From contig DATAFZ010000042.1 of NCBI GenBank assembly GCA_036257225.1, forward strand, positions 1-37,449: a DNA stretch of 37,449 nt. Direction: 5' to 3'. Shown in pieces: positions 16,972 to 25,638 of the stretch. This stretch comes from Candidatus Limnocylindrales bacterium (GTDB lineage: Bacteria > Chloroflexota > Limnocylindria > Limnocylindrales > CSP1-4). Each line of letters begins with the position of its first letter. Position 1 is the first letter of the stretch. The position numbers were made by a program, and so were the translations under genes. Below the pieces are notes generated by a model. The model was given only the letters and a program-made list of their open reading frames with translations, ran no database searches and had not been told where the DNA came from.

Positions 16972-17910
16972 TCAGCCGTTGATCAGCAGATAGCGCTTCA
17001 CCTCGCCTTTCTTCACGTCGAGGTCGACGATCGCCGCCTGGAGCACGCCATCCTCGTAGGTGCTTCCCGGGTTGACGGCGAGGGTGCGGCCGATCTTCAC
17101 GGCTCCTCGCCCTTCGTGGATGTGACCGTGGAGCGACAGCATCGGCCCGTATGCGCTGATCGCATCGCGCACGGCGTGCGATCCGACCGGCACCAGCGCC
17201 TGACCGCCCGCTACGTATTTGAGATCGGCATCGAGCTGCGGCGCCGAATCGAGGTTCGATCCATACGGCGGAGCGTGGAAGTTGAAGATCGACCGCCGTG
17301 GATCGGGGACTTCGGCGACCAGACCGTCGATCCGTGCACGCAGCTCGTCTTCGGGTAGCTCGCGGAACGTCTTCCACGGCGTCGGATTCGCCCAGCCCGT
17401 CGATACGAGCGAGATGCCATCGAGGGCGATGGTGTTCGCCTCGCCGAGCTCGACGAGGCGAGCCGCCGCGATGATCGGGTCGATCTCGAACATGTCGTCG
17501 TTGGCCGGCGACACGATGCAGCGGATGCCCTTGCCTTCCAGCCGCTCGTCGGCGAGGGCCATCCAGCGCTCGACGTTGCGCAGCATCTCGTTCTTGAACC
17601 GCGCGTCGACCAATGACTCGTCGGCGCTCCACGCGTCCAGCTCGTCGGGCTCGAGGCGGACCGGGTAATAGCCGCGGTCCGAGATGCGCTTCTCCATCGC
17701 CTGGAGCTCGTCCTCGGTCGCCAGCAGGTGGCGCTGTTCCTGGAGCGTCACCTCCCAGCCACCGTCGCGGTGGACGATCGGGACCATCGCCTTCCCCGTC
17801 ATGTCGCCGCCCATGATCAGGACGTCCGCCTTGTGGAATGCGCCGGCGTTGAGGAACTTGCGCCAGCAGACCTCGGAGCCGTGGACGTCGGTGGCGAAGA
17901 AGATCCTCAT
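16972..17910 (-). CDS. Calcineurin-like metallophosphoesterase (COG2129-like)
   Basis: Trimmed to the ATG at 17910 (MRIFFATDVHGS). All metallophosphoesterase motifs are readable: DVHG, GGDMTGK, SPANDD, NFHAPPYG, LHGHIHEG. ATGA overlap with the upstream nucleotidyltransferase gene. Confidence 0.8.
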   Translation of the reverse strand: MRIFFATDVHGSEVCWRKFLNAGAFHKADVLIMGGDMTGKAMVPIVHRDGGWEVTLQEQRHLLATEDELQAMEKRISDRGYYPVRLEPDELDAWSADESLVDARFKNEMLRNVERWMALADERLEGKGIRCIVSPANDDMFEIDPIIAAARLVELGEANTIALDGISLVSTGWANPTPWKTFRELPEDELRARIDGLVAEVPDPRRSIFNFHAPPYGSNLDSAPQLDADLKYVAGGQALVPVGSHAVRDAISAYGPMLSLHGHIHEGRGAVKIGRTLAVNPGSTYEDGVLQAAIVDLDVKKGEVKRYLLING

Positions 17911-18734
17911 AGCGCCCGGTGCTCCATCTCCTCGGGCTCCGCATACCACGTGACGCGTTCGCCGACGCGGGCCCGGAGCTTCCAACGCGTCGACTTGGGT
18001 GCCGCCTCGATCGCGTTGCGCAACCCGGCCACCTGCGCGGACGGGTCGAATTTGATCGCCTCACCCGTGCCCAGGTCGAGGTCGTCGGGTTGGAGGTCCG
18101 TGGTCAGGAACTGGTCGAGCTTGTCGAGGTTGCCCGAGACGGTCCGCCACCATCCCCAGTCGTTTGACGTGACGTCGATGATGCGCGGCACGTTGATCGC
18201 GCCCGGACCGTGCAGCGCGTCGACCCCGTCGTCCTGGGCGAGCGGGTGCTCCGCCAGCAGGATCAGCGCATCGAGGACGTCCTTGCGGTTGATCTTCACG
18301 ACCTGGAGCTTCGACAGCAGGAGCTCAGCGAGAGGCAGCGTCGGCTTCGACTTGGCCAGCCGTGCCCCGAATTCGACGCGGTGGCACATCTCGAGCGCAT
18401 CGACCAGCACGTCGACCGGCCGCTTGCGCGGCACATCCACGAAATACGCCTGCTTCTGGCCGAACAGCGCGTTCTGCTGTCGATCGGGCGTGTAGCCCTC
18501 CGCCTCGAGCAGCTTGTAGACCGCCGAGCGATCCCGCGACGTGGTCGCGAAGTCGAGGTCGACTTCCGTGCGTCGGGTCCGTGCCGGCCAGCGTGGCGCG
18601 TGGGCGCGGATGGCCATCCCGCCCATCAATCGGAGGATCAGGCCGCGCGAATCGGCGACCTCGACGAGCCGGAGCGATTCCTCCAGCGGATCCGCGAGGG
18701 TCGTGGTTGCACCGGTGACGGGCTCGCTGGCCAT
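17907..18734 (-). CDS. Nucleotidyltransferase-fold protein, AbiEii/MenT (DUF1814)-like or NTP_transf_5-like
   Basis: Trimmed to the ATG at 18734 (MASEPVTG...). Pol-beta NTase pattern LRLMGGMAIRAH...RRTEVDLDFAT, plus a third motif SKLQVVKINRKDVLDALILL that resembles KxxAxxxRxxxRDxxD of AbiEii toxins. 275 aa. Confidence 0.5.
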   Translation of the reverse strand: MASEPVTGATTTLADPLEESLRLVEVADSRGLILRLMGGMAIRAHAPRWPARTRRTEVDLDFATTSRDRSAVYKLLEAEGYTPDRQQNALFGQKQAYFVDVPRKRPVDVLVDALEMCHRVEFGARLAKSKPTLPLAELLLSKLQVVKINRKDVLDALILLAEHPLAQDDGVDALHGPGAINVPRIIDVTSNDWGWWRTVSGNLDKLDQFLTTDLQPDDLDLGTGEAIKFDPSAQVAGLRNAIEAAPKSTRWKLRARVGERVTWYAEPEEMEHRAL

Positions 18735-18864
18735 CACCCTCCTCTTGGCCGCGCTGGCTCCCTCGGGAGCGGCGTGCGACGGAGTATAGGTGGTCGAATC
18801 CACCATCTCGGCACGGATCGCGGAGCGCGACGCGCGATCGAACGCCCGTATCCTGACCGGCACC

Positions 18865-21327
18865 ATGCGGACACCGCGCGTCGCGATCATCGGAGCGGGC
18901 ATCGTCGGCTGCTCGCTGGCCGACGAGCTGGCGCTGCGCGGCTGGTCGGACGTCACGGTCGTCGAGCAGGGCGGCCTCTTCAAGACCGGCGGCTCGACCT
19001 CGCATGCACCAGGGATCATCTTCCAGACCAACGCCTCGAAGACGATGACCGGCTTCGCCCGCTACTCCGTCGAAAAGGCGGCATCACTCAAGCTGGATGG
19101 CCGCTGGTGCTGGAACCCCGTCGGCAGCCTGGAGCTGGCACTCACGCCGGAACGCCTCGCCGAGCTGCATCGTCGCCGCGACTTTGCCGAGTCGTGGGGA
19201 CTGGACGGCCGCGTCATCGATCCCGACGAGACGGCGAAGTTGTGGCCCCTCGTCGATCGCGACAGGATCCTCGGCGCCTACCACCTGCCCTCGGACGGGC
19301 TGACCGACGCCGTCCGGGTGTCGGAGGCGCAGGCGCGACGTGCGACGGAGGGCGGCGCTCGGTTCCTCGCCGAGCACACGGTGACCGCCATCGAGACGGA
19401 CGACGGCCGTGTCCGTGGCGTCATCACCGATCGCGGCGATATCCCGGCTGACATCGTCGTCTGCGCCGCCGGCATCTGGGGACCGCGCATCGGGGCGATG
19501 GTCGGCATGACCGTCGCACTCCAGCCGCTGGCCCACCAGCTGAGCTGGACCACGGTCCTCCCCGAGGTCCTCGCCTTCCGGATCCCGCCGGAGCGCGAGG
19601 CCATCCACCCGAATATCCGTGTCCAGGACCGCGACATGTACTTCCGCGAATACCCGGATCGGCTGGCGGTCGGTGGGTACGGACACGTGCCGCTGCCGGT
19701 CGACGCGGCCGATCTTCTTCACCCACGGGATGCCCCGGTCATGCCGTCGGTGCTCGAGTTCACCCCGGACACGTTCGCCGAGACCTGGTCGTGGGCTGAG
19801 GACCTGGTCCCGGCCCTTCGTGCACCAGAGGCCCGCATCGACCGCGCGATCAACGGCATCTTCTCCTTCACACCTGATGGCTTCCCCTTGCTGGGCGAGT
19901 CGCGCGACGTCGCGGGCTTCTGGCTCGCGGAGGCGGTGTGGGTCACCCACGCGCTCGGTGTCGGCCGGGCGATGGCGGAGTGGCTTGTCGACGGTGGCTC
20001 CACCACCGACCTCCACGAATGCGACCTCAACCGGTTCGAGGCGCATCAGGTCTCTCCCTCGTACATCCACGACCGGGGCATCCAGAACTACGTCGAGGTC
20101 TACGACATCGTCCATCCGCTCCAGCCGATGGAGGACCCCCGACCGATCCGGACCTCGCCCTTCTACGAGCGGGAGCAGGAGCTCGGCGCGTACTTCCTGG
20201 AGGGCGGCGGATGGGAGCGCCCGCACTGGTTCGGTGTCAATGAGCGACTCCTGGGCCGCTACGGCGGCGAGATCCCCGGTCGGAATGCGTGGGCGGCCCG
20301 GTACTGGCATCCGATCGCCGGCGCCGAGGCCAAGGCGACGCGCGACGGCGTCGCGATGTTCGACGTGACCCCGCTCAAGCGGATCGCCGTGGAGGGGCCC
20401 GGTGCCGCGGCGTTCCTGGACAAGGTGACGACGAACCGGATCGATCGTCCGGTCGGGACCGTCGTGTACAGCCTCATGCTCGACAAGCGCGGCGGGGTCC
20501 GCAGCGACCTGACCGTAGCGCGCCTGGCGCCCGACCGCTTCCAGGTCGGCGCCAACGGTCCGCTCGATCTCGATGAGCTGACCCGTCGCGCACCGCGGGA
20601 CGGCTCTGTGGTCGTCCGCGACATCACGAGCGGCACATGCTGCATCGGGCTGTGGGGTCCGCGAGCCCGCGACGTCCTCGCCTCGGTCACGGACGAGGAC
20701 GTATCGAACGAGGCATTCGGCTACTTCCGCGCGCGCGAGCTATGGGTCGGGACCGTGCCGGTGACGGCGCTCCGGGTGTCGTACGTCGGGGAGCTCGGTT
20801 GGGAGCTGTATACGACTGCCGACATGGGGCAGAAGCTGTGGGACACGCTCTGGCGGGCCGGCCAGGAGCATGGCGTCATCGCCGCCGGACGGAGCGCATT
20901 CGGATCGCTGCGGCTGGAGAAGGGCTACCGGCTGTCCGGGGTCGATATGACGACCGAGCACGATCCGTTCGAGGCGGGCCTCGGGTTCGCCGTGCGCATG
21001 GACAAGGGCGATTTCGTCGGGCGTGATTGGCTCGTCGGCCGGAACGAGGCCACAGTAGTGCGACGCCTCGTGCCGCTGATCATCAGCGACCGGCAAGCCG
21101 TCGTGATGGGCAAGGAGCCCGTGCACGTCGACGGCCGCCCGGCGGGCTACGTCACGAGTGCCGGATATGGCTACTCCGTGGACGCGCCGATCGCGTTGGC
21201 GTGGCTCCCGTCGGACGCTGCCCGCGTCGGCCAGCAGGTTTCGATCCGCTACTTCGGTGAGGCCGTCCCGGCGACCGTCGCAGCCGATCCACTGTTCGAC
21301 CCGGAGATGCGCCGGGTACGCGGTTGA
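18865..21327 (+). CDS. Dimethylglycine/sarcosine dehydrogenase-family FAD oxidoreductase with GcvT-type folate-binding domain (paralogue 2)
   Basis: MRTPRVAIIGAGIVGCS (GxGxxG), GGSTSHAPGI His motif, C-terminal LRLEKGYRLSG ... PLFDPEMRRVRG. The alternative start, GTG 18790, has GGAG 5 nt upstream and would add 25 aa. Confidence 0.85.
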   Translation: MRTPRVAIIGAGIVGCSLADELALRGWSDVTVVEQGGLFKTGGSTSHAPGIIFQTNASKTMTGFARYSVEKAASLKLDGRWCWNPVGSLELALTPERLAELHRRRDFAESWGLDGRVIDPDETAKLWPLVDRDRILGAYHLPSDGLTDAVRVSEAQARRATEGGARFLAEHTVTAIETDDGRVRGVITDRGDIPADIVVCAAGIWGPRIGAMVGMTVALQPLAHQLSWTTVLPEVLAFRIPPEREAIHPNIRVQDRDMYFREYPDRLAVGGYGHVPLPVDAADLLHPRDAPVMPSVLEFTPDTFAETWSWAEDLVPALRAPEARIDRAINGIFSFTPDGFPLLGESRDVAGFWLAEAVWVTHALGVGRAMAEWLVDGGSTTDLHECDLNRFEAHQVSPSYIHDRGIQNYVEVYDIVHPLQPMEDPRPIRTSPFYEREQELGAYFLEGGGWERPHWFGVNERLLGRYGGEIPGRNAWAARYWHPIAGAEAKATRDGVAMFDVTPLKRIAVEGPGAAAFLDKVTTNRIDRPVGTVVYSLMLDKRGGVRSDLTVARLAPDRFQVGANGPLDLDELTRRAPRDGSVVVRDITSGTCCIGLWGPRARDVLASVTDEDVSNEAFGYFRARELWVGTVPVTALRVSYVGELGWELYTTADMGQKLWDTLWRAGQEHGVIAAGRSAFGSLRLEKGYRLSGVDMTTEHDPFEAGLGFAVRMDKGDFVGRDWLVGRNEATVVRRLVPLIISDRQAVVMGKEPVHVDGRPAGYVTSAGYGYSVDAPIALAWLPSDAARVGQQVSIRYFGEAVPATVAADPLFDPEMRRVRG

Positions 21328-21542
21328 CCCCGCAAATACCCGCCGAGCCGCTATCGCGCTGGATACGCGGCGTTAACAAAGTCATCACATGGTCTTGACG
21401 CCCCGCGATGCGAGAGGTGGAATGCAGCGACACCGGAGGGCGGCCCAGAGATCGACCCGCATCCGGGCGTGATCCGAGCATGAGGAGGGCTCGGGTCGGG
21501 GTCCACCGCGAACCGTTACCGCATGGATCTGGAGGAGGCACG

Positions 21543-22745
21543 TTGACCACGAAACGAAACCTGACCCGCTGGGCGGGTCTCTCAGCCGCATCGGCCGTCC
21601 TGATCGCAGCTTGTTCGACACCGGCCGCGACGACCGCTCCGTCGGTCGCGCCGCCAGCAAGCGTCGCGCCGTCCGAAAGCGCGGCCGCATCGGAGTCGGC
21701 GGCCGCCGGCGGCTTCGAACAGTTCGTACCCGACCAGGCGATGCTCGACGCCGCCAAGGCCGAGGGCACCGTCACGACCATCGCTCTGCCGCACGACTGG
21801 TGCAACTACGGCGAGACCATCAGCACGTTCAAGGAGCGGACCGGCCTCGAGGTCAACGAGCTCGACCCGAATGCCGGCTCGGGCGACGAGATCGAGGCCA
21901 TCAAGGCCAACAAGGACAACCCCGGCCCGTCCGCGCCGGACGTGATCGACGTCGGCCTGTCGTTCGGTCCGTCGGCCAAGGAGGAGGGTCTCCTGCAGGC
22001 GCACAAGGTCGCGACGTGGGACACGATCCCCGAATCGGCCAAGGATGCCGAGGGCTTCTGGTGGGGCGACTACTACGGCGTCCTTGCCTTCGAGGTCAAC
22101 ACCGCGGTCGTCCCGAACGTGCCCCAGGACTGGGCTGACCTGCTCAAGCCCGAGTACAACGGGCAGGTCGCCCTGGCAGGTGACCCGCGAACCTCGAACC
22201 AGGCCATCCAGGCCGTCTACGCGGCCGCCCTCGCCAACGGCGGGTCGCTCGACAATGCGCAGCCGGGCCTCGACTTCTTCAAGCAGCTCAACGACTCGGG
22301 CAACCTGCGCCCGATCATCGCCACCGCGGCGACGGTCGCCGCCGGCGAGACCCCGATCACCATCCGCTGGACCTACAACGCGCTGTCGAATCGTGACACC
22401 ACGGCCGCCAGCGGCGGCCCCGAGATCGCGGTCGTCGTGCCGGCGTCAGGCCGGTTTGCGGGCGTCTATGTCCAGGGCATCAGCGCCTTCGCGCCGCATC
22501 CCAACGCGGCGAAGCTGTGGCAGGAGTTCCTCTACAGCGACGAGGGCCAGAACGTCTGGCTGAAGGGCTACTGCCACCCGATCCGCTACGAGAATCTCGT
22601 GTCGGAGAACAAGGTGCCGCAGGAGCAGCTCGACAAGCTGCCGGACGTCGAGGGTGCGGTCTTCCCCACCCTCGACCAGCTCAACAAGGCGACCGAGCTC
22701 ATCACCACGGGCTGGGATAGCACGGTCGGAGCCAACATCCAGTAG
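21543..22745 (+). CDS. ABC transporter substrate-binding lipoprotein (family-1, PotD/AfuA-like)
   Basis: TTG at 21543 lies 4 nt after GGAGGAGG. Lipoprotein signal TTKRNLTRWAGLSAASAVLIAAC. The body ends with FAPHPNAAKLWQEFLYSDEGQ, typical of the polyamine/iron/thiamine-type binding-protein cluster. Confidence 0.85.
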   Translation: MTTKRNLTRWAGLSAASAVLIAACSTPAATTAPSVAPPASVAPSESAAASESAAAGGFEQFVPDQAMLDAAKAEGTVTTIALPHDWCNYGETISTFKERTGLEVNELDPNAGSGDEIEAIKANKDNPGPSAPDVIDVGLSFGPSAKEEGLLQAHKVATWDTIPESAKDAEGFWWGDYYGVLAFEVNTAVVPNVPQDWADLLKPEYNGQVALAGDPRTSNQAIQAVYAAALANGGSLDNAQPGLDFFKQLNDSGNLRPIIATAATVAAGETPITIRWTYNALSNRDTTAASGGPEIAVVVPASGRFAGVYVQGISAFAPHPNAAKLWQEFLYSDEGQNVWLKGYCHPIRYENLVSENKVPQEQLDKLPDVEGAVFPTLDQLNKATELITTGWDSTVGANIQ

Positions 22746-22769
22746 CGCCCGTCCATCGACGAGGTCACC

Positions 22770-23669
22770 GTGGCGGACGTCGCTGCGGTCCGGGAGCAGG
22801 AGGCGCGGATCGCGCCTCCTGCTCCGTCACGCCTGAGCTGGTCCTGGCTAGGCCTCGTTCCCTTCTTCCTGTTCTGTACCGCGTTCCTGTTCCTGCCGGT
22901 GGCGTTCCTCGTCATCGGCAGCTTCAACGATCGCGCGGGCAACCTGACCCTGCAGAACTACGCGGACCTCTCCACTGGGATCATCCCCGGCGCGTTCGCC
23001 AACAGCATCGAGGTCAGTCTCGTCACGGCGGTCGCCGGTGGGGTCTTCGGGTTCCTGCTCGCGGCGTCAGTCGTCCTGGGTGGGCTACCGCGAGTACTGC
23101 GAAGCGGGCTGATGACCTTCTCGGGCGTGGCATCGAACTTCGCCGGCATCCCGCTCGCGCTGGCGTTCATCTTTACGCTCGGCACGCTCGGGTTCCTGAC
23201 CACGCTGCTGCAGAGCCTCGGCTTGACAGGCTTCCGAGGGGTCAATCTCACGTCCAAGCTGGGCGTCGAAGTGGTGTACATGTACTTCCAGTTCCCGCTG
23301 ATGGTGCTGATCATCGCGCCGGCCCTGGAGGGACTGCGCCGCGAGTGGCGGGAGGCAGCCGAGAACATGGGCGCGTCGGCGTTCCAGTACTGGCGCCATG
23401 TCGCACTACCGATCCTGACGCCGTCGATCCTCGGGGCCATGATCCTGCTGTTCGGGAACTCGTTCGGGGCGCAGGCAACGGCCTTCCAGCTGACCGGCGG
23501 GACGCTACCGCTCGTCACGCTCGTGATCAGCTCACAGATCCGCGGTGACGTGCTGCACAACCCTGGACTCGGCTACGCGATGTCGATGGGGATGGTCGTG
23601 ATCATGGGCATGTCGATCCTGCTGTACACGCTGTTACAGCGGCGGGCTGAACGGTGGCTCCGGTCATGA
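22770..23669 (+). CDS. ABC transporter permease
   Basis: GTG start. Six predicted TM segments, PotB/MalF-type inner-membrane component. Confidence 0.85.
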   Translation: MADVAAVREQEARIAPPAPSRLSWSWLGLVPFFLFCTAFLFLPVAFLVIGSFNDRAGNLTLQNYADLSTGIIPGAFANSIEVSLVTAVAGGVFGFLLAASVVLGGLPRVLRSGLMTFSGVASNFAGIPLALAFIFTLGTLGFLTTLLQSLGLTGFRGVNLTSKLGVEVVYMYFQFPLMVLIIAPALEGLRREWREAAENMGASAFQYWRHVALPILTPSILGAMILLFGNSFGAQATAFQLTGGTLPLVTLVISSQIRGDVLHNPGLGYAMSMGMVVIMGMSILLYTLLQRRAERWLRS

Positions 23670-24505
23670 CGACCGCGACGGCGACAGCCGCGCAAGGCGC
23701 TCGCCGCCGACGCCGCGGCTTCGGCGCGTGGTGGGCGTGGGTCGTCTTCATCCTCGGTGCGCTGTACTTCATCCTGCCGCTGATCGGCGTCTTCGCCCAC
23801 TCGATCAGGACGCGGCCCGACATCTTCCTGGCGTATCGCCAGGTCTTCGCTGACCCCGCGTTCTTCCGCGGGCTCGGCTACTCGTTCCTCGCCGGGCTGC
23901 TGACCGTCGTCATCAGCCTGCTGATCATCGTGCCGACCGCGTACTGGGTCCGGCTTCGCGTCCCGCAGCTGCGGCCGGTCGTCGAGTTCGTGACGCTGAT
24001 GCCGTTCGTGATCCCGCCGGTCGTGCTCGCGTTCGGCCTGATCCGCATCTACAGCCAGGGGCCCGTCCGCCTGGCAAGCACGGACACGGGACTCAACGTG
24101 ATGCTCGTCGGGGCCTACGTCGTGCTGTCGTTCCCGTACATGTATCGCGCGGTCGATACCGGCCTCGCCGCCATCGACGTCCGCACGCTCACCGAGGCCG
24201 CGCAGAGCCTCGGTTCAGGCTGGGCGCGCATCCTCTCCCGCGTCATCTTCCCGAACCTGCGGACGTCGCTGTTGTCGGGGGCCTTCCTCACGCTCGCCAT
24301 CGTGATCGGCGAGTACACGATCGCCCAGGTGCTCGCCCGGACCACCGCGTTCGCGCCGTACCTGTCGCTGCTCGGGCGAAACCAGCCATACCAGCCTGCC
24401 GCCGTCTCGCTCATCAGCTTCGGGCTGACCTGGCTGGCGATGATCTTGATCGCGTTCCTCGGCCGTGGCTCGCGCACGCGGGTCCAGGTCGCGGGCGCCC
24501 GTTAG
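23666..24505 (+). CDS. ABC transporter permease
   Basis: ATG at 23666 in an ATGA overlap with the preceding permease (the track start is GTG 23654). Six TM segments, PotC/MalG-type. Confidence 0.85.
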   Translation: MTTATATAAQGARRRRRGFGAWWAWVVFILGALYFILPLIGVFAHSIRTRPDIFLAYRQVFADPAFFRGLGYSFLAGLLTVVISLLIIVPTAYWVRLRVPQLRPVVEFVTLMPFVIPPVVLAFGLIRIYSQGPVRLASTDTGLNVMLVGAYVVLSFPYMYRAVDTGLAAIDVRTLTEAAQSLGSGWARILSRVIFPNLRTSLLSGAFLTLAIVIGEYTIAQVLARTTAFAPYLSLLGRNQPYQPAAVSLISFGLTWLAMILIAFLGRGSRTRVQVAGAR

Positions 24506-24516
24506 GAGGGGATCGG

Positions 24517-25638
24517 ATGGCGTTCCTCGAGCTCGAAGGGGTCCGCAAGGAATTCGCCGACACGGTCGCGGTCGAGGGCTTCGACCTGGTGGCCGATAAG
24601 GGCGAATTCGTGTCCTTCCTCGGGCCGTCCGGCTGCGGCAAGACGACCACGCTGCGGATGATCGCCGGGTTCGAGCTGCCCACCGCCGGGTCGATCCGGA
24701 TCGATGGGACGGACGTGACGAACCGCCCGCCCAACCGCCGCAACGTCGGCATGGTGTTCCAGTCATATGCGCTGTTCCCGAACATGACCGTGGCCGACAA
24801 CATCGGGTTCGGGTTGAAGGTCCGGGGCCGACCGAGGGACCAGATCAAGCAGCGCGTCGGGGAGCTCCTCGACCTCATCCATCTCGGCGGACGCGGTGAG
24901 CGCTTCCCGTGGCAGCTGTCCGGTGGACAGCAGCAGCGCGTGGCGCTCGCCCGCGCGCTCGCGATCGAACCGCAGGTGCTGCTGCTCGACGAGCCGCTCT
25001 CGGCGCTCGACGCCAAGATCCGCATCGCCCTGCGCCACCAGATTCGGTCGATCCAGCGCCAGCTCGGCATCACGACGGTGTACGTGACCCATGACCAGGA
25101 GGAGGCCCTTTCGCTGTCCGACCGGGTCGTCGTGATGAGCGATGGCCGCATCGAGCAGATCGGCGCCCCCGCCGACATCTACAACTTCCCGGCCACCCGT
25201 TTCGTGGCGTCGTTCGTGGGCACCCTGAACCTGCTCGACGCCCGGGTCGTCGAGGCATCGACGGGTCGGGTGTCCGTGGCCGGCCAGGAGATCCGCACCG
25301 GTGTGGCGGTCGACACTGGCCACGATGGATCGGAGGCGACCGTCGCGATCCGGCCCGAGGGAATCGAGCTCGGCACCGATGGCGGCACGAACCGGCTGAC
25401 CGGCACGGTCGAGGACGTGAGCTTCCTGGGCTCGATCGTCCGGACTCGCCTTCGGCTTCACGAAGACGGGACGACGCTCTCGCTCGACACATTCAATGAC
25501 CCCAACCTCATGCCGCCCTCGATCGACACCGCGGTGACCGTGTCGTTCCCGCCCGAGGCATGCCTCGTGCTCGCCCGACCGACCGCGGTGGCGGCGGAGC
25601 AACGCGACGCGGTCGCCGCCGCGGAGGCGTTGCTGTAG
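24517..25638 (+). CDS. ABC transporter ATP-binding protein (PotA/UgpC-like with C-terminal TOBE-type domain)
   Basis: Walker A GPSGCGKTT, signature LSGGQQQRVALARAL, Walker B LLLDEPLSALD, H-loop YVTHDQ. Confidence 0.9.
   Translation: MAFLELEGVRKEFADTVAVEGFDLVADKGEFVSFLGPSGCGKTTTLRMIAGFELPTAGSIRIDGTDVTNRPPNRRNVGMVFQSYALFPNMTVADNIGFGLKVRGRPRDQIKQRVGELLDLIHLGGRGERFPWQLSGGQQQRVALARALAIEPQVLLLDEPLSALDAKIRIALRHQIRSIQRQLGITTVYVTHDQEEALSLSDRVVVMSDGRIEQIGAPADIYNFPATRFVASFVGTLNLLDARVVEASTGRVSVAGQEIRTGVAVDTGHDGSEATVAIRPEGIELGTDGGTNRLTGTVEDVSFLGSIVRTRLRLHEDGTTLSLDTFNDPNLMPPSIDTAVTVSFPPEACLVLARPTAVAAEQRDAVAAAEALL

Noticed and set aside
15128-18064. N-terminal extensions of longest-ORF calls: 15128..18064, 10928..13906, 4812..5969, 17907..19031, 33327..34712, 32839..33861, 35961..36680, 21408..22745.
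   Set aside because: The extensions are low-complexity and overlap neighbouring genes. Internal starts coincide with SD sequences, 4-nt stop/start overlaps, signal peptides, or the conserved N-termini of the families.
21411-21500. Possible glycine riboswitch in the ABC-operon leader: GAGAGG...CACCGGAGGGCGG resembles GGAGAG...CACCGAAGGGGCAA.
   Set aside because: Only one short motif is similar. The downstream CUCAGGCAA-type element and the P1/P3 pairings could not be found. The GAGAGG would lie inside or upstream of the putative -10. A cmsearch against RF00504 is needed before any claim.
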